Virus record (IMG/VR): IMGVR_UViG_3300031673_000156
Reading direction: 5' to 3' (one strand)
Length of the DNA stretch: 41,666 bases
From: a virus
The notes beneath the pieces are model-generated. The model was not told where the DNA came from. It saw only the letters and a list, made by a program, of their open reading frames with translations, and searched no databases. A program made the translations under genes and the position numbers. Below are positions 9,197-18,834 of this stretch, piece by piece. Every line of letters begins with the position of its first letter. Position 1 is the stretch's first letter.

Positions 9197-11434
9197 TTAA
9201 CCGCCTGATTGGTCGTTAGCTTCGGATGATTGTGTCTTGTCGTCTGACTGTTCTTGCAGGGTTTTCTTAATCGTCGTTGTCTTACCATCTTTGATTTCTT
9301 TGGTTATGATCGAGATGCCGTTGCCTTCTATATACCCTGAAGAAGTTCCATCGGCGGTCTTATCAAAAACGGTACTGTAAGATATCGGCATCTTTTCACC
9401 ACCCGTGATGAATCTGAAGTTCTCACCTTCCAATCGACGGACGTAAGACAAGCTCATTTCCAATGATACATCCTGACGAATTTTCCAACTATAAGTGATC
9501 GAATCGCATATCGCTATTCTTTTCTTGACTACGTGATAGACCGGGCGGTTCAACCCCACAAAAGGTCTGTAAGACACCATCATGTCGAATTTGTTAAAGT
9601 TGGCGAGCCTTTTGTTGAATTCCAAAAGAGCGTACTGGGCCAGCCGGTGGTGGTTCGTTATGCCTGGTAGGCTGTGCGTCTCAACGTGAACGCCGATCCT
9701 AGAGGCTAAAACATTAGAAAAGGCGGTGGCCCGAAGTTCCCAACCTTGAGTCGGGGCAACCCCAGCGCTGCTGGGGTGATCACTGGCGATCTCGTCCGGC
9801 AAAAGCCGTGACGTAACCTCCATCGCTGACACAGGCGTACCACCCTCGTCGTTGATAGCGTCGGACATCACATGCCCATGAAACGTTTGAACCTTATTGT
9901 AGATCGTGTTGTAGTCCGCAGGCATGAAGTCATACATAGGGAACTCAAAGATCAAGTCACCCATACCTGATATATAAAATTGATAATCAATAGATTTAAC
10001 CAATTGGACGATAAGCTCCAAACGAGACGCCCACTCCACACGAGCCGTAACCCTAGCGTCAACCGTAGCGGCGGCGATAAGGTTTGATACAGGGCCTAAG
10101 TCTGGCGGTAAAAGAAAATGAACCCTAGCCACGTCAGGGGAAAATTGACCGCCGTCCTTAGTCCCTTGGCCCATAAGCGTCATTTCGCCCAGGGTTAAGA
10201 ACCTTTCCACGATCGTGCCGAGCTTACCTGATTTAGCATCCTCACCCTGTCGGACCAGTTCAACATCGGGTGTGGTGTCAGGGGGGCCACCTTTGGCGTT
10301 TGTAGTAGCCCCTTCCGGTTGTTCGGGAGCGTTATCCGCTACTTTCGGTAACGGGTAAGAGCCAAAATTGATAATGTTGTTCCATTTTTCTAGCGTAGTC
10401 TTCTTTAAAGGTTCGCTAGCTTCGGGGTCGTATCTTAAGACTACACCCAGAGATACCTTGCCAATCCCACCGACAAAGGCGTTGTTTTTCTTTATACCGA
10501 AGATTAGATATTTTATAGAATCTAAAAAGGTCTTACCGTATAAAGCGTGCCCACGGGAGGCCGGTGTCCCTGATTGAACGAAGTCCGATAAAAAACCTAC
10601 GTTTTCAGAGCCCTCAACGTTGGTGCGGTTGGCCCCGAAAAATAAGGTTTTCTCATTACCGTATTGGATATTTGGGTTGGTGTTGGTTCGCATCACAGCC
10701 ATCTGAGACCGGATGTCTTGGCACGTAATGTTAATCACCGAACTACCGTTGATATAGCTTTGTGAAAATGGCTTGGTATCTACATAGCCTGTAAATTCAC
10801 AAGTCCATTCGGTCTTCTTTGTGCCCGCTGGACCTGCCAAAGGATTCAGCACAAACATTCTGATAGGGTCGAACTTGTGAAACACCAAAGAGCCTACGCT
10901 AAACAGATATCTATCGGTAGTAGCCTCGGTAGTGTTAGCTGCGTTGAAAGGATCGGCGTTAACGATCGGGGCGTTCGGCTTTTTATTTTGAAAGCTGGTG
11001 CCATATTTCGCAACTTTGTGCTGCCAATTCGTGTTGCTTTCCTTCTTATTTTTATAAATCGTAGCTTTGGCTAGCTCGGAATAAGCTCCCCCAGCGCCGT
11101 AGGGATCGTTCATCCTAAAGTTGGACGTTGTTGTCCGGCCAGTGGCCTCGTTTTTAACCTTGTTTTCGCCTGTCTTAGGGTCCGTGTTGGCTTTGTTTTT
11201 GCCTACGTTTAGGTTCTCTTCGGTGATCTCGAAAGCTCGCATAGCATTCGATAGGCTGAATGTAAGAGAACTTATCCCTTCTCGGTCCACCTTAGTCAAG
11301 TTCACCGCTGACGTGATCCAAGGTGTGATATCCGCCCCTTGGATGTAGATCTTAAAATCATGGTAGTAGACTTGATTCCGTTCTTCTCGGAAGTTGAAGG
11401 GGGTCTTGGTCTTAGGATTAGTAATATCAACCAT
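9197..11434 (-). CDS. Hypothetical large structural protein (745 aa)
   Basis: 2.2-kb uninterrupted ORF heading the 11.4 to 1.2 kb minus-strand block. Confidence 0.7.
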   Translation of the reverse strand: MVDITNPKTKTPFNFREERNQVYYHDFKIYIQGADITPWITSAVNLTKVDREGISSLTFSLSNAMRAFEITEENLNVGKNKANTDPKTGENKVKNEATGRTTTSNFRMNDPYGAGGAYSELAKATIYKNKKESNTNWQHKVAKYGTSFQNKKPNAPIVNADPFNAANTTEATTDRYLFSVGSLVFHKFDPIRMFVLNPLAGPAGTKKTEWTCEFTGYVDTKPFSQSYINGSSVINITCQDIRSQMAVMRTNTNPNIQYGNEKTLFFGANRTNVEGSENVGFLSDFVQSGTPASRGHALYGKTFLDSIKYLIFGIKKNNAFVGGIGKVSLGVVLRYDPEASEPLKKTTLEKWNNIINFGSYPLPKVADNAPEQPEGATTNAKGGPPDTTPDVELVRQGEDAKSGKLGTIVERFLTLGEMTLMGQGTKDGGQFSPDVARVHFLLPPDLGPVSNLIAAATVDARVTARVEWASRLELIVQLVKSIDYQFYISGMGDLIFEFPMYDFMPADYNTIYNKVQTFHGHVMSDAINDEGGTPVSAMEVTSRLLPDEIASDHPSSAGVAPTQGWELRATAFSNVLASRIGVHVETHSLPGITNHHRLAQYALLEFNKRLANFNKFDMMVSYRPFVGLNRPVYHVVKKRIAICDSITYSWKIRQDVSLEMSLSYVRRLEGENFRFITGGEKMPISYSTVFDKTADGTSSGYIEGNGISIITKEIKDGKTTTIKKTLQEQSDDKTQSSEANDQSGG

Positions 11435-11604
11435 ATCTAGCTCTTCATCTTAAAGGGTTCATTCTAAAGATAAGGGCTGTCTTACTGGGCCATGCGGTGT
11501 TAAAACTAAGATGCTCATCAGTTGGTTAGAGCAGCGTTACATGCCGAGGGCCGGAAGTTCGAATATGTTCCACGCCCGGACAGCCCATTGATCCCGTCTC
11601 ACTT

Positions 11605-11940
11605 TCACTCCGCCCTCCTCTTAAAGCACTGGCTTCCGCTACGATCCATCTGAGGTGAGGACCAGTAAGCCCGGACGCACTTGAATCTTTCTACCCGCAC
11701 CAAATCTTCCAAACTAAATTCTCGGTAGGGGTTGTCACGATCTTTAAAGCTTACCCAGATATTAGGACCGTCACTCAGAATATCTACTACAGGAATTTCC
11801 ATAACCAACAGCCCTTCGTGTTCAAGCTGTTTTAGGTATTCGAGAACGGTAGCTTTTAAAGCCTGTAGAACCGTGGGGGATACCAGTTCGTACCTGAACC
11901 GATCAAAGATTTCATCAAGCTCTTCTTGACAGCCTATCAT
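11605..11940 (-). CDS. Hypothetical protein
   Basis: 111-aa ORF with a 4-nt overlap with the upstream J-domain gene (11937). Confidence 0.55.
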   Translation of the reverse strand: MIGCQEELDEIFDRFRYELVSPTVLQALKATVLEYLKQLEHEGLLVMEIPVVDILSDGPNIWVSFKDRDNPYREFSLEDLVRVERFKCVRAYWSSPQMDRSGSQCFKRRAE

Positions 11941-12728
11941 TTTTTCATCTCTTCAAACTTTTTAAACAAATCGTTGTCTTCTTGATTTTGTTTGTCCGTT
12001 TTGGCCCAATTTATCCCTAACGATTTCCAAGTGTCTTGGTTCTTAAGATCTTTTTCTTCGGGGTATACAGGCTTCACCGCACAATATTGGTGACCCTTCT
12101 TATCCACCCCGCCCCCGACGATCCTTAGATGATCTCCCGGTTTTGCGCCAGGCGGCACCCAAACCATTTTGATACCCCACAAAGTCTCAACCGAGATGTA
12201 GTCACCTTTCAGCATGATCTCAAGTTTGATATTCTCGTCTACAAAAACATCTAAACCCTTCACCGTGTACCTGGGGTGCTTTTCAGCGGTCACGGTAACC
12301 AAAGCATCCCCGGTTTGATTCAGGCATTTCTTCCCTTTGCGCTTTTCAACATGCCGGAACCCTGAGATAGAGCCCGGTGGAAGATCAAAAGCAAAGGTGA
12401 CCGGCTCGAAGTCTTCCGACTTGATAGGTTCTAAGTTCGCACCCAAGGAAATTTGGTTGTAAGACACCACTAACCGAGTGCCGTAAAAGGCATCATTGAA
12501 GGTGGTAATCATCTGGATGTTGAAAGTTAAGTCCCGTACCGGACGGATGCTTTGCTTCCGAGCGTATGACGGGTCGGTGATCATCCGATAAGCGTGGGTG
12601 ACCTCCACAAACTTATCGGAATCACCACCTTGGTCTGGGTGGTGTTCCAAGCACAATTTACGCCAAGCCTTCCGAAGAGTGTCCGGCGAATCGTCAGGTT
12701 TACAACCCAGTACCTCAAAATAATCCAT
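11937..12728 (-). CDS. DnaJ/CbpA-like co-chaperone: J domain plus DnaJ C-terminal substrate-binding domains, no Zn-finger region
   Basis: N-terminal DYFEVLGCKPDDSPDTLRKAWRKLCLEHHPDQGG with the HPD tripeptide. The C-terminal GDALVTVTAEKHPRYTVKGLDVFVDENIKLEIMLKGDYISVETLWGIKMVWVPPGAKPGDHLRIVGGG fits the DnaJ CTD pattern. Confidence 0.8.
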   Translation of the reverse strand: MDYFEVLGCKPDDSPDTLRKAWRKLCLEHHPDQGGDSDKFVEVTHAYRMITDPSYARKQSIRPVRDLTFNIQMITTFNDAFYGTRLVVSYNQISLGANLEPIKSEDFEPVTFAFDLPPGSISGFRHVEKRKGKKCLNQTGDALVTVTAEKHPRYTVKGLDVFVDENIKLEIMLKGDYISVETLWGIKMVWVPPGAKPGDHLRIVGGGVDKKGHQYCAVKPVYPEEKDLKNQDTWKSLGINWAKTDKQNQEDNDLFKKFEEMKK

Positions 12729-13343
12729 TTAGTGTCCTGATTCGACCGGGATATCTAATTTCTCTAGGGTCTTTTGCATCGACCGCTTTAAAATACCCTG
12801 CACCTTGTCTTGTGTAGTATTGTTAGGATTCGCTATCGTAGCTTTCAATTCGTGATCTTCGTTAGCTTCGGCGGCGGCCTTCTTTTCTGCCTGCCTTTTT
12901 GCTTCGACCTTCTCGATCCGTTTTTGGAAGACAAAACCCATGCCGCTAATCAAGTCTTCGGGCTTCACTACAAGGTCCACAACCCCAGAAAAATAAGGTG
13001 GTACCGACGCCAAAGTATTAGAAACGGCTAACATAGGCTTGCCAAACACAGCCGCTACGGCCATGAAGTGAACGTTGGGTGAGCTATCTAAATCTAAAAC
13101 CAGGATATCTGATTCTGATATGCCCCAAAAATCTTGCCGCATAGAAGTTTCCCAAGGGTGGGGGACGACCGGGGGCTCTGTTTCAAAATGCACTAATATT
13201 TCCCGGCCCTTCTCGTTGTTATAATCGTATTGATTATGTAACAGAATTACGTTTTCTGTTCGTTCCACTACATCTAATATAGGTGAGTGCTTACCCGATT
13301 GATCCCGCTCAGATGCTACAAACACCACCAATTTCTTTTCCAT
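12729..13343 (-). CDS. Hypothetical protein, possibly nucleoside 2-deoxyribosyltransferase-like Rossmann fold
   Basis: 204 aa. LVVFVASERD ... ESDILVLDLDSSPNVHFMAVAAVFGKPMLAV resembles the D..D(S/T)G...E.G.A.A.GKP core of NDT-like proteins. The resemblance is weak. Confidence 0.55.
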   Translation of the reverse strand: MEKKLVVFVASERDQSGKHSPILDVVERTENVILLHNQYDYNNEKGREILVHFETEPPVVPHPWETSMRQDFWGISESDILVLDLDSSPNVHFMAVAAVFGKPMLAVSNTLASVPPYFSGVVDLVVKPEDLISGMGFVFQKRIEKVEAKRQAEKKAAAEANEDHELKATIANPNNTTQDKVQGILKRSMQKTLEKLDIPVESGH

Positions 13344-13351
13344 AATATCTC

Positions 13352-13783
13352 CTATGATTGTCTTACATCACCAGCAACAACCCCGTGGTCCACCAAATAA
13401 GACTTCCGAGGCTTCGATGGCCGATTATAAATTAATTCCATTTCTTTGCTTATGATTTCATCCATTTCATTGTGCAACCCTAACATCCCACAGAGCCGTT
13501 TGACGACATGGATTTTTTCGATACGAGACGAAAACAAGTCCATAAATTCGTAAAGGTCTTGGGGATTTTCCCTCGAACCGGATTTCAATAGAGCATTGGT
13601 GTAGCTTTCCTTGGCTTGGTGCAAACCTTTGTCGTAGTCCAAGATTTCTAAAAAGATTTGGTGGAAAGCTTTCTCGTACTCTGCCATCGAACAACGTTTT
13701 AAGATTTCCTCGTTTACCTCTTTGAACGGGGTGTCGTCTTCGGGCAGAATCTCTTCTTCGTCGTCTACTACATTCTCTTTCAT
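13352..13783 (-). CDS. Hypothetical acidic protein
   Basis: 143-aa ORF overlapping the upstream gene by 4 nt. Confidence 0.55.
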   Translation of the reverse strand: MKENVVDDEEEILPEDDTPFKEVNEEILKRCSMAEYEKAFHQIFLEILDYDKGLHQAKESYTNALLKSGSRENPQDLYEFMDLFSSRIEKIHVVKRLCGMLGLHNEMDEIISKEMELIYNRPSKPRKSYLVDHGVVAGDVRQS

Positions 13784-14481
13784 TGGGCGTACCTTTCTCG
13801 GGAGAACAGAAGCTTTTCGGACGAAGCTAAGATTTTCGACAAGGTAAATTCAGTGGAATCGAACTTTTTGTCGATGTATTCCGCCACGGTCAAACACTTC
13901 TTTAGATTTTTCTTCACCGGAATTTGCTCCGGCAAGATCCGGTTCATCGCTGCGTTGCGGATCGCTTCGTTTTTGAGTGTAGTCATTTTGCTGTACTTGG
14001 AATAAAGCCAAAGCTCAGCGTGTTGTAGTAGCTCTTCGAGTTCGTACTTGGTATCGATCAGCGAGGTATAGATCGTAGAGACCCTAGAGCGATTGACCAC
14101 TATTTTTCTAAGGTAGCGGTTGATTTCTTCCAGGTCTTGCTGGGTGCCGAAGCGGTGTTGTGAGAAATCATCCTCTACTACATAGTTCCTAAGCTCTTCT
14201 AGGATAGAGTCGTCCACGTTAAACTTCGGTGCGGTAAGCTGCTTTCGCACCCCTAGCACGTATTTATCGCACAAGATCTCTTGAAACCCGTCCATAAGTG
14301 GTTCGGTGTACTCGACACAAGCCAAGGTGAGGGCTTCGACTTCTCGGGTGACCGAACAGTTCCCGCTATCCCCAAAGCCTGCTTTGTACCACTGACAAGA
14401 CCCGCAATAAGTTTCGTCAGCTTCGGCTTCCGGGTGTTCGCCGGGATACTTCCCATTAGGCACGGGGCATCTCCTTGTCAT
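13780..14481 (-). CDS. Hypothetical protein with N-terminal Cys cluster (CPVP...CGSCQWY...CSV) and helical C-terminal half
   Basis: 233-aa ORF. A Zn-binding-like Cys cluster is followed by an alpha-helical basic region (possible DNA binding). Confidence 0.6.
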   Translation of the reverse strand: MTRRCPVPNGKYPGEHPEAEADETYCGSCQWYKAGFGDSGNCSVTREVEALTLACVEYTEPLMDGFQEILCDKYVLGVRKQLTAPKFNVDDSILEELRNYVVEDDFSQHRFGTQQDLEEINRYLRKIVVNRSRVSTIYTSLIDTKYELEELLQHAELWLYSKYSKMTTLKNEAIRNAAMNRILPEQIPVKKNLKKCLTVAEYIDKKFDSTEFTLSKILASSEKLLFSRERYAQ

Positions 14482-14872
14482 CGATAATCTTATCCGTGGC
14501 CGTAGACCGCCACCGGCCCACTAGCATGTAGTCCTTAACCTTGTTCGGGTGCTCATAAGCTATCAAGCGCACGACTTGATCTTCGAAAATCACCTCGAAG
14601 GAAAGGTTTTCGGTGTTGACCTCCCCTTTTTTGTTGTAAACAACACCAAAAGAATTGAACAAACAAAACTTCGGGTAGATTTCGTCGTACCTATACCGCA
14701 AAAGATAGCCGATCATTTTGTCCTGGGGGCTGTAGATCAATTTGAACTCAGCCCGAGAGACTTTGTAGACCCTTCTTTGCTTCGCACCTTCTAAGGATTC
14801 ACCCTTGAGCACAAATAATTCGCCCATACCGTCGGTGATCTTGTCTTCTAAATACCACTTGGCCATCTTCAC
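14456..14872 (-). CDS. Hypothetical protein
   Basis: 138-aa ORF, co-oriented, with a 26-nt overlap with the upstream gene. Confidence 0.5.
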   Translation of the reverse strand: MKMAKWYLEDKITDGMGELFVLKGESLEGAKQRRVYKVSRAEFKLIYSPQDKMIGYLLRYRYDEIYPKFCLFNSFGVVYNKKGEVNTENLSFEVIFEDQVVRLIAYEHPNKVKDYMLVGRWRSTATDKIIDDKEMPRA

Positions 14873-14884
14873 GGGATTTCTCCT

Positions 14885-16012
14885 TCACACCAAACACACA
14901 GGGAAAATGTAATTCAAATCTAAAGACGCTCCACCAGATTCCAGCCCGCCTTTGTAGTAGACCATCCGCTCGTTAGCCGACATCATTCCTTTGTCCACAG
15001 CAAAAAGCTTGGTGTGGTCTTCGAAAGCCTTGGGGAACATATTTATCTTGTACGTCCGCTCTGAATTCTCATTGTAGATTTGGTCTACATCATCAACACC
15101 GTCTACTACAGCATCACCAATGTCTACATGCTTCATCTCCAGAGTCATCGTATCGGTTAAAGACACGGTGAGCATAGCCCCGTCGGATTTCTTCGGTATC
15201 ATCCCTACCAAAGGTTTGATAGCGGTAGCCAAAGATTTAGGCACAAAGGTACAAGAAGTTTTAGCTTGGAACTTAGAGAAGATCGTATCAAAGTCCGAAG
15301 AGCTTTGGTTGATACCCGCTGAATAAATCTCAAAAGTTTCATTCCTAAACATCGTTTGGAACTTACTCACACCAATCTGGATAGGTGTGTCATCCGTGAT
15401 GCTACCTTTGCCGTACAAACAATCAAGCAGATACTTAGGCGCTTTGACATCGAAATCTTTGGTCACTACTACATCCGAGGTGATCTTCGCCAAGGAATAT
15501 TGATCGTCCGCTGACATCGTGAGGTGACCTTTTTCGTTGCGAAACCGCACCGGCATCAAATCTTTCTTCTCGTCGTGGAAGGCAAAAGGGATGCTAAGGT
15601 ACTTGGTAGCCGCTGCCAACACCCCGTATGGGATAGTGATCGCATCCATCCCCTCGGGAATATCTTCAAACTCTGGTCTAGGCACCGCTACCCGCAAATG
15701 GGTGGTGAGCCGACCGTTTACCAGCTTAAGCTCTGACTTTTCATCTTGCCAAGACAATACTACATCTTTTCCAGCCAAGCTGATATTCATCAACACAGTC
15801 GGATCGAACGAATAGTCGGTGTTACCCGTGCCGTGGTGAGTCGCTGACGCTGGTTTGGCCGACACCAAAGCGTTGTCCGTCACCATTATCATCCTAAAGG
15901 GTTCAAACGTGAAGGTTATTGTCGGCTTTTTCACACTGAAAGCGGCGAATTTTGCGAACGTCTTTAGTGTCTCCCTGAATTCCTTGGCGTTGAACATTAC
16001 CGTGGTGCTCAT
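14885..16012 (-). CDS. Possible DNA polymerase sliding clamp (beta-clamp-like), about 375 aa
   Basis: The start is chosen at Met16 (MSTTVMFN...) because a strong SD, AGGGGGG, lies 5 nt upstream. The length and segment pattern loosely parallel the bacterial beta clamp (MFNAKEFRETLK...; LRVAVPRPEFEDIP versus beta FSLSTLPAADFPNL). It is adjacent to the helicase module. Confidence 0.5.
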   Translation of the reverse strand: MSTTVMFNAKEFRETLKTFAKFAAFSVKKPTITFTFEPFRMIMVTDNALVSAKPASATHHGTGNTDYSFDPTVLMNISLAGKDVVLSWQDEKSELKLVNGRLTTHLRVAVPRPEFEDIPEGMDAITIPYGVLAAATKYLSIPFAFHDEKKDLMPVRFRNEKGHLTMSADDQYSLAKITSDVVVTKDFDVKAPKYLLDCLYGKGSITDDTPIQIGVSKFQTMFRNETFEIYSAGINQSSSDFDTIFSKFQAKTSCTFVPKSLATAIKPLVGMIPKKSDGAMLTVSLTDTMTLEMKHVDIGDAVVDGVDDVDQIYNENSERTYKINMFPKAFEDHTKLFAVDKGMMSANERMVYYKGGLESGGASLDLNYIFPVCLV

Positions 16013-16835
16013 ATATCCCCCCTGATGGCTCGTCGTAATAACAGAACCGCAAAACATCTAGCAAAAATTCAATAGAATTTTGCAATGATAACCAATCCGC
16101 AACAGAACCGAAACCAGAATCCCTAGTGTAATCCATCCTAAGTTCATAAGTGGTTTGCAAAGAACGATACGCTAAGAAGAATCTTTCTTGAGCCTCGTGT
16201 AAAGATTTTCTATTTTCTACCTGCAATATTTCATTCTGGTGGTGGTCTATAAAGACAGAAGCTAAGTTCTTCAAGCTCAACGCCACCGACATCCCAGAAA
16301 AATAAGTCTTCTCATTCACCAAACCACTCGGCATTAAACTTTGCTTCGAGGTCGGGAAGACTACTACAGCGTCGGTGCCAGTCAAAAATTCTAACTTCAT
16401 CTTAACATTCCGCAACCAAGTCTTGGCCAAGGTCTTCACCGATGTCAAACCCGTTAGCTCCTTTAGCTCTGTGAGCGCACCATCCGATCCACAAAGCCGG
16501 AAGTCCGGGTGGATGGGCCGTAGGTATCTCAGATAACTACGAAGCTCTGAGGCGATAGGGCTAACCTTGATGAAAGCATCCACCCCACGCAAACCATCTT
16601 CTATTTTTTGTAAGATAAAAATAATCTGCGTGGCTATCCCGTTGTGTAAGATATCATCTTTAGAAATCCCGTAGTCAAAACAGATATCAGGATGTTCGTT
16701 TTCTAAAAAAGCTATTACATCCCCCACCGTGGTAGTGTCGGTGAAGGCGTCGAGATTAGGCACGGGCAAATAAATCCCGTCGTTGATCGCTTCGGCGTAA
16801 CCTATGGCCCATATAGCTGTGTAGTAGGGTATCAA
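15903..16835 (-). CDS. Hypothetical protein (310 aa) in the replication module, function unknown
   Basis: ORF immediately downstream of and abutting the DnaB-like gene (16835/16836). Its 3' end overlaps the next gene by about 110 nt in another frame. Confidence 0.55.
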   Translation of the reverse strand: MIPYYTAIWAIGYAEAINDGIYLPVPNLDAFTDTTTVGDVIAFLENEHPDICFDYGISKDDILHNGIATQIIFILQKIEDGLRGVDAFIKVSPIASELRSYLRYLRPIHPDFRLCGSDGALTELKELTGLTSVKTLAKTWLRNVKMKLEFLTGTDAVVVFPTSKQSLMPSGLVNEKTYFSGMSVALSLKNLASVFIDHHQNEILQVENRKSLHEAQERFFLAYRSLQTTYELRMDYTRDSGFGSVADWLSLQNSIEFLLDVLRFCYYDEPSGGIYEHHGNVQRQGIQGDTKDVRKIRRFQCEKADNNLHV

Positions 16836-18164
16836 TCAAGACCTCAGTTCCGGCATCGAAGGTACTTTTTTCCTAGATTTCCTAGGCTTTTCTTCCTCTT
16901 CATCTTCCAACGGGCTTGGGCCGAAGTAGTCTTTGAAGGTAAAGGTCGTGAAGTCTTTTTCCAAGTAGAAGTTGTACACCGGAGCATTACGAGCTTTAAG
17001 ATGTCTTATATTTATCAGCCCAGCTTCTCGTTCTTTTTCTCCGTGGTCCCACACCCATACAAAGTTCGCATTGGCTTGGATCGCCTTCGAATACTTGAGC
17101 TTGTTACCTTCATCGTCGTATTGCGCCAAGAGTACCACAGCCGCATTCAAGTTGTTGGCCGCTAATTTAGCGTGGCGGGAGTGATCGCCTAAGATTTCCC
17201 ACATCGCTTTTTTAGGATCAGTCGGCTTCAAAAGACTGATGTAGTCGATATAGATCACATCGTAATTCATCGGCTTAAGCTCTAAAGCTATCTGTGGGAT
17301 GGTAAGCTCCCTCGACGGCGTCCAGATAGTCAACCTATTGTCCGAAGGCGTTTGGGATAAGAAATCTTTGAATCTGCTTTTGATTAGATCTATATGTTTA
17401 GAGGTCAACCGCTTCAAGTTGATCTTAGAGTGCTCGATCCGTGATTGCGTCGATAACATCCGGTACCGAAGTTCGATCTCGTCCATTTCATAAGACACAA
17501 AACAAACATTATAACCTAATTCGTATTGAGCGGTGGCCATGTTCAAAGCCAAAGCTGACTTCCCGCCCCCAGGCACCGAAGCCATCACCAACACATTCTT
17601 GCGGTGTAGGCCCCCAGAGCGGTCGTCAAAGACCTTCAACCCAGTCTTCAATAGATCATCGTCGTTGGTGTCGGCTAGCTCGGCTCCGATCTTTTCTACG
17701 ATCTTGTCAGCATCCGCCTTAGTGTAGTGAACCATCTCGGTGGAGTCGTTGGTGGTATGGCAGCTTTGCAGCATGTTCTCCACGTTGCTCACCACTAGGT
17801 CCACGTCTACGTTGGTGCCGGACATCACCTCCATCGTGTGGGCCATAGCCGCTGAAAGGATTCTAGCCTTGCGGTGCTGTACTAGGTTCTCTATCGCCGC
17901 CTTGATATTCCCGGCGTCTAGGCTATTGGGTTGGTTCAAAAGGCTACGGGCTTCCTCGGATAGCGTTTGGTCGTTGCGGAAGACCTCACTAGAAGGAATT
18001 TCTTTGCCCACGTTCATAATCGTGATGACCCTGCGGTAGATTTCTTGGGCCGGGGCGTACCCGAAGTAGTCTTCCTCGACTTGACCCAACAAAGCACCCC
18101 GGTTCGGGGCGTCCAACAAAGCCCGGATTACCTGGACCTCAGTCGTAGCATCGACAGTTTTCAT
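16836..18164 (-). CDS. Replicative DNA helicase, DnaB family
   Basis: Walker A in MASVPGGGKSALALNMA, preceded by FDDRSGGLHRKNVLVMA (DnaB H1 region). The N-terminal helical domain and RecA-like C-terminal domain are of the expected length (442 aa). Confidence 0.85.
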   Translation of the reverse strand: MKTVDATTEVQVIRALLDAPNRGALLGQVEEDYFGYAPAQEIYRRVITIMNVGKEIPSSEVFRNDQTLSEEARSLLNQPNSLDAGNIKAAIENLVQHRKARILSAAMAHTMEVMSGTNVDVDLVVSNVENMLQSCHTTNDSTEMVHYTKADADKIVEKIGAELADTNDDDLLKTGLKVFDDRSGGLHRKNVLVMASVPGGGKSALALNMATAQYELGYNVCFVSYEMDEIELRYRMLSTQSRIEHSKINLKRLTSKHIDLIKSRFKDFLSQTPSDNRLTIWTPSRELTIPQIALELKPMNYDVIYIDYISLLKPTDPKKAMWEILGDHSRHAKLAANNLNAAVVLLAQYDDEGNKLKYSKAIQANANFVWVWDHGEKEREAGLINIRHLKARNAPVYNFYLEKDFTTFTFKDYFGPSPLEDEEEEKPRKSRKKVPSMPELRS

Positions 18165-18206
18165 TTACTTACCTCACCTGATTCAGTCACCTAAGACTTT
18201 TAACGA

Positions 18207-18806
18207 TCAGGTGAAGTTCTGGTGAGAAGTTTTCGCTAGCTGCCACACAATATCAGGATTGTTACCCAGCTTTTCGACTACAAACTTCATGATGTTGGGG
18301 GTCGTAGCTATAATGATTGTAGTAGCGGATTCGGTGCGGCGGATGAAGTCCTTGGCGATCTCCAACTTTTTAAGCTCGGTTTGTTCGGACAACCCGTGGA
18401 TCACAGCCAAGTCACATTCTTCTGTAGATTTTAAGAAGTCCCAGTCCGGGTGACCTAAGTCGATCCACTTGACTAAACCCATATCACCTTGGGAAAATTG
18501 GAAGTTGAAAAACTCCCGGCTGACCAAAGTAGCTAACTCGTAACCCGCTTGCTCCGTTGGGTAAGAACCTACTACATATAAACCTGGGCCGCCGAGAGCA
18601 TCGATGTTTTCTAAGACATCGCTCAAGGCGGCGGATTGACTTTTAGGGTTGATGATAAAAGTTCCCTTGGCCGCTTGCACCGAAGTCGTGACGAAATGGA
18701 GTTGGGCCGGGGTGATCTTCTTTTTCAGATAGGTAATAGGAGCCCCAGACAAGGCTAGAAGCCGGTCGCTTTTCGGTAAACCGTAGAACTTACGACCTCT
18801 AGCCAT
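18207..18806 (-). CDS. Hypothetical protein (199 aa)
   Basis: ORF between the vWA and DnaB genes. No P-loop found, so its function is unassigned. Confidence 0.55.
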   Translation of the reverse strand: MARGRKFYGLPKSDRLLALSGAPITYLKKKITPAQLHFVTTSVQAAKGTFIINPKSQSAALSDVLENIDALGGPGLYVVGSYPTEQAGYELATLVSREFFNFQFSQGDMGLVKWIDLGHPDWDFLKSTEECDLAVIHGLSEQTELKKLEIAKDFIRRTESATTIIIATTPNIMKFVVEKLGNNPDIVWQLAKTSHQNFT

Positions 18807-18834
18807 AAAGGAACACCTTATTATTCTGCTACAT

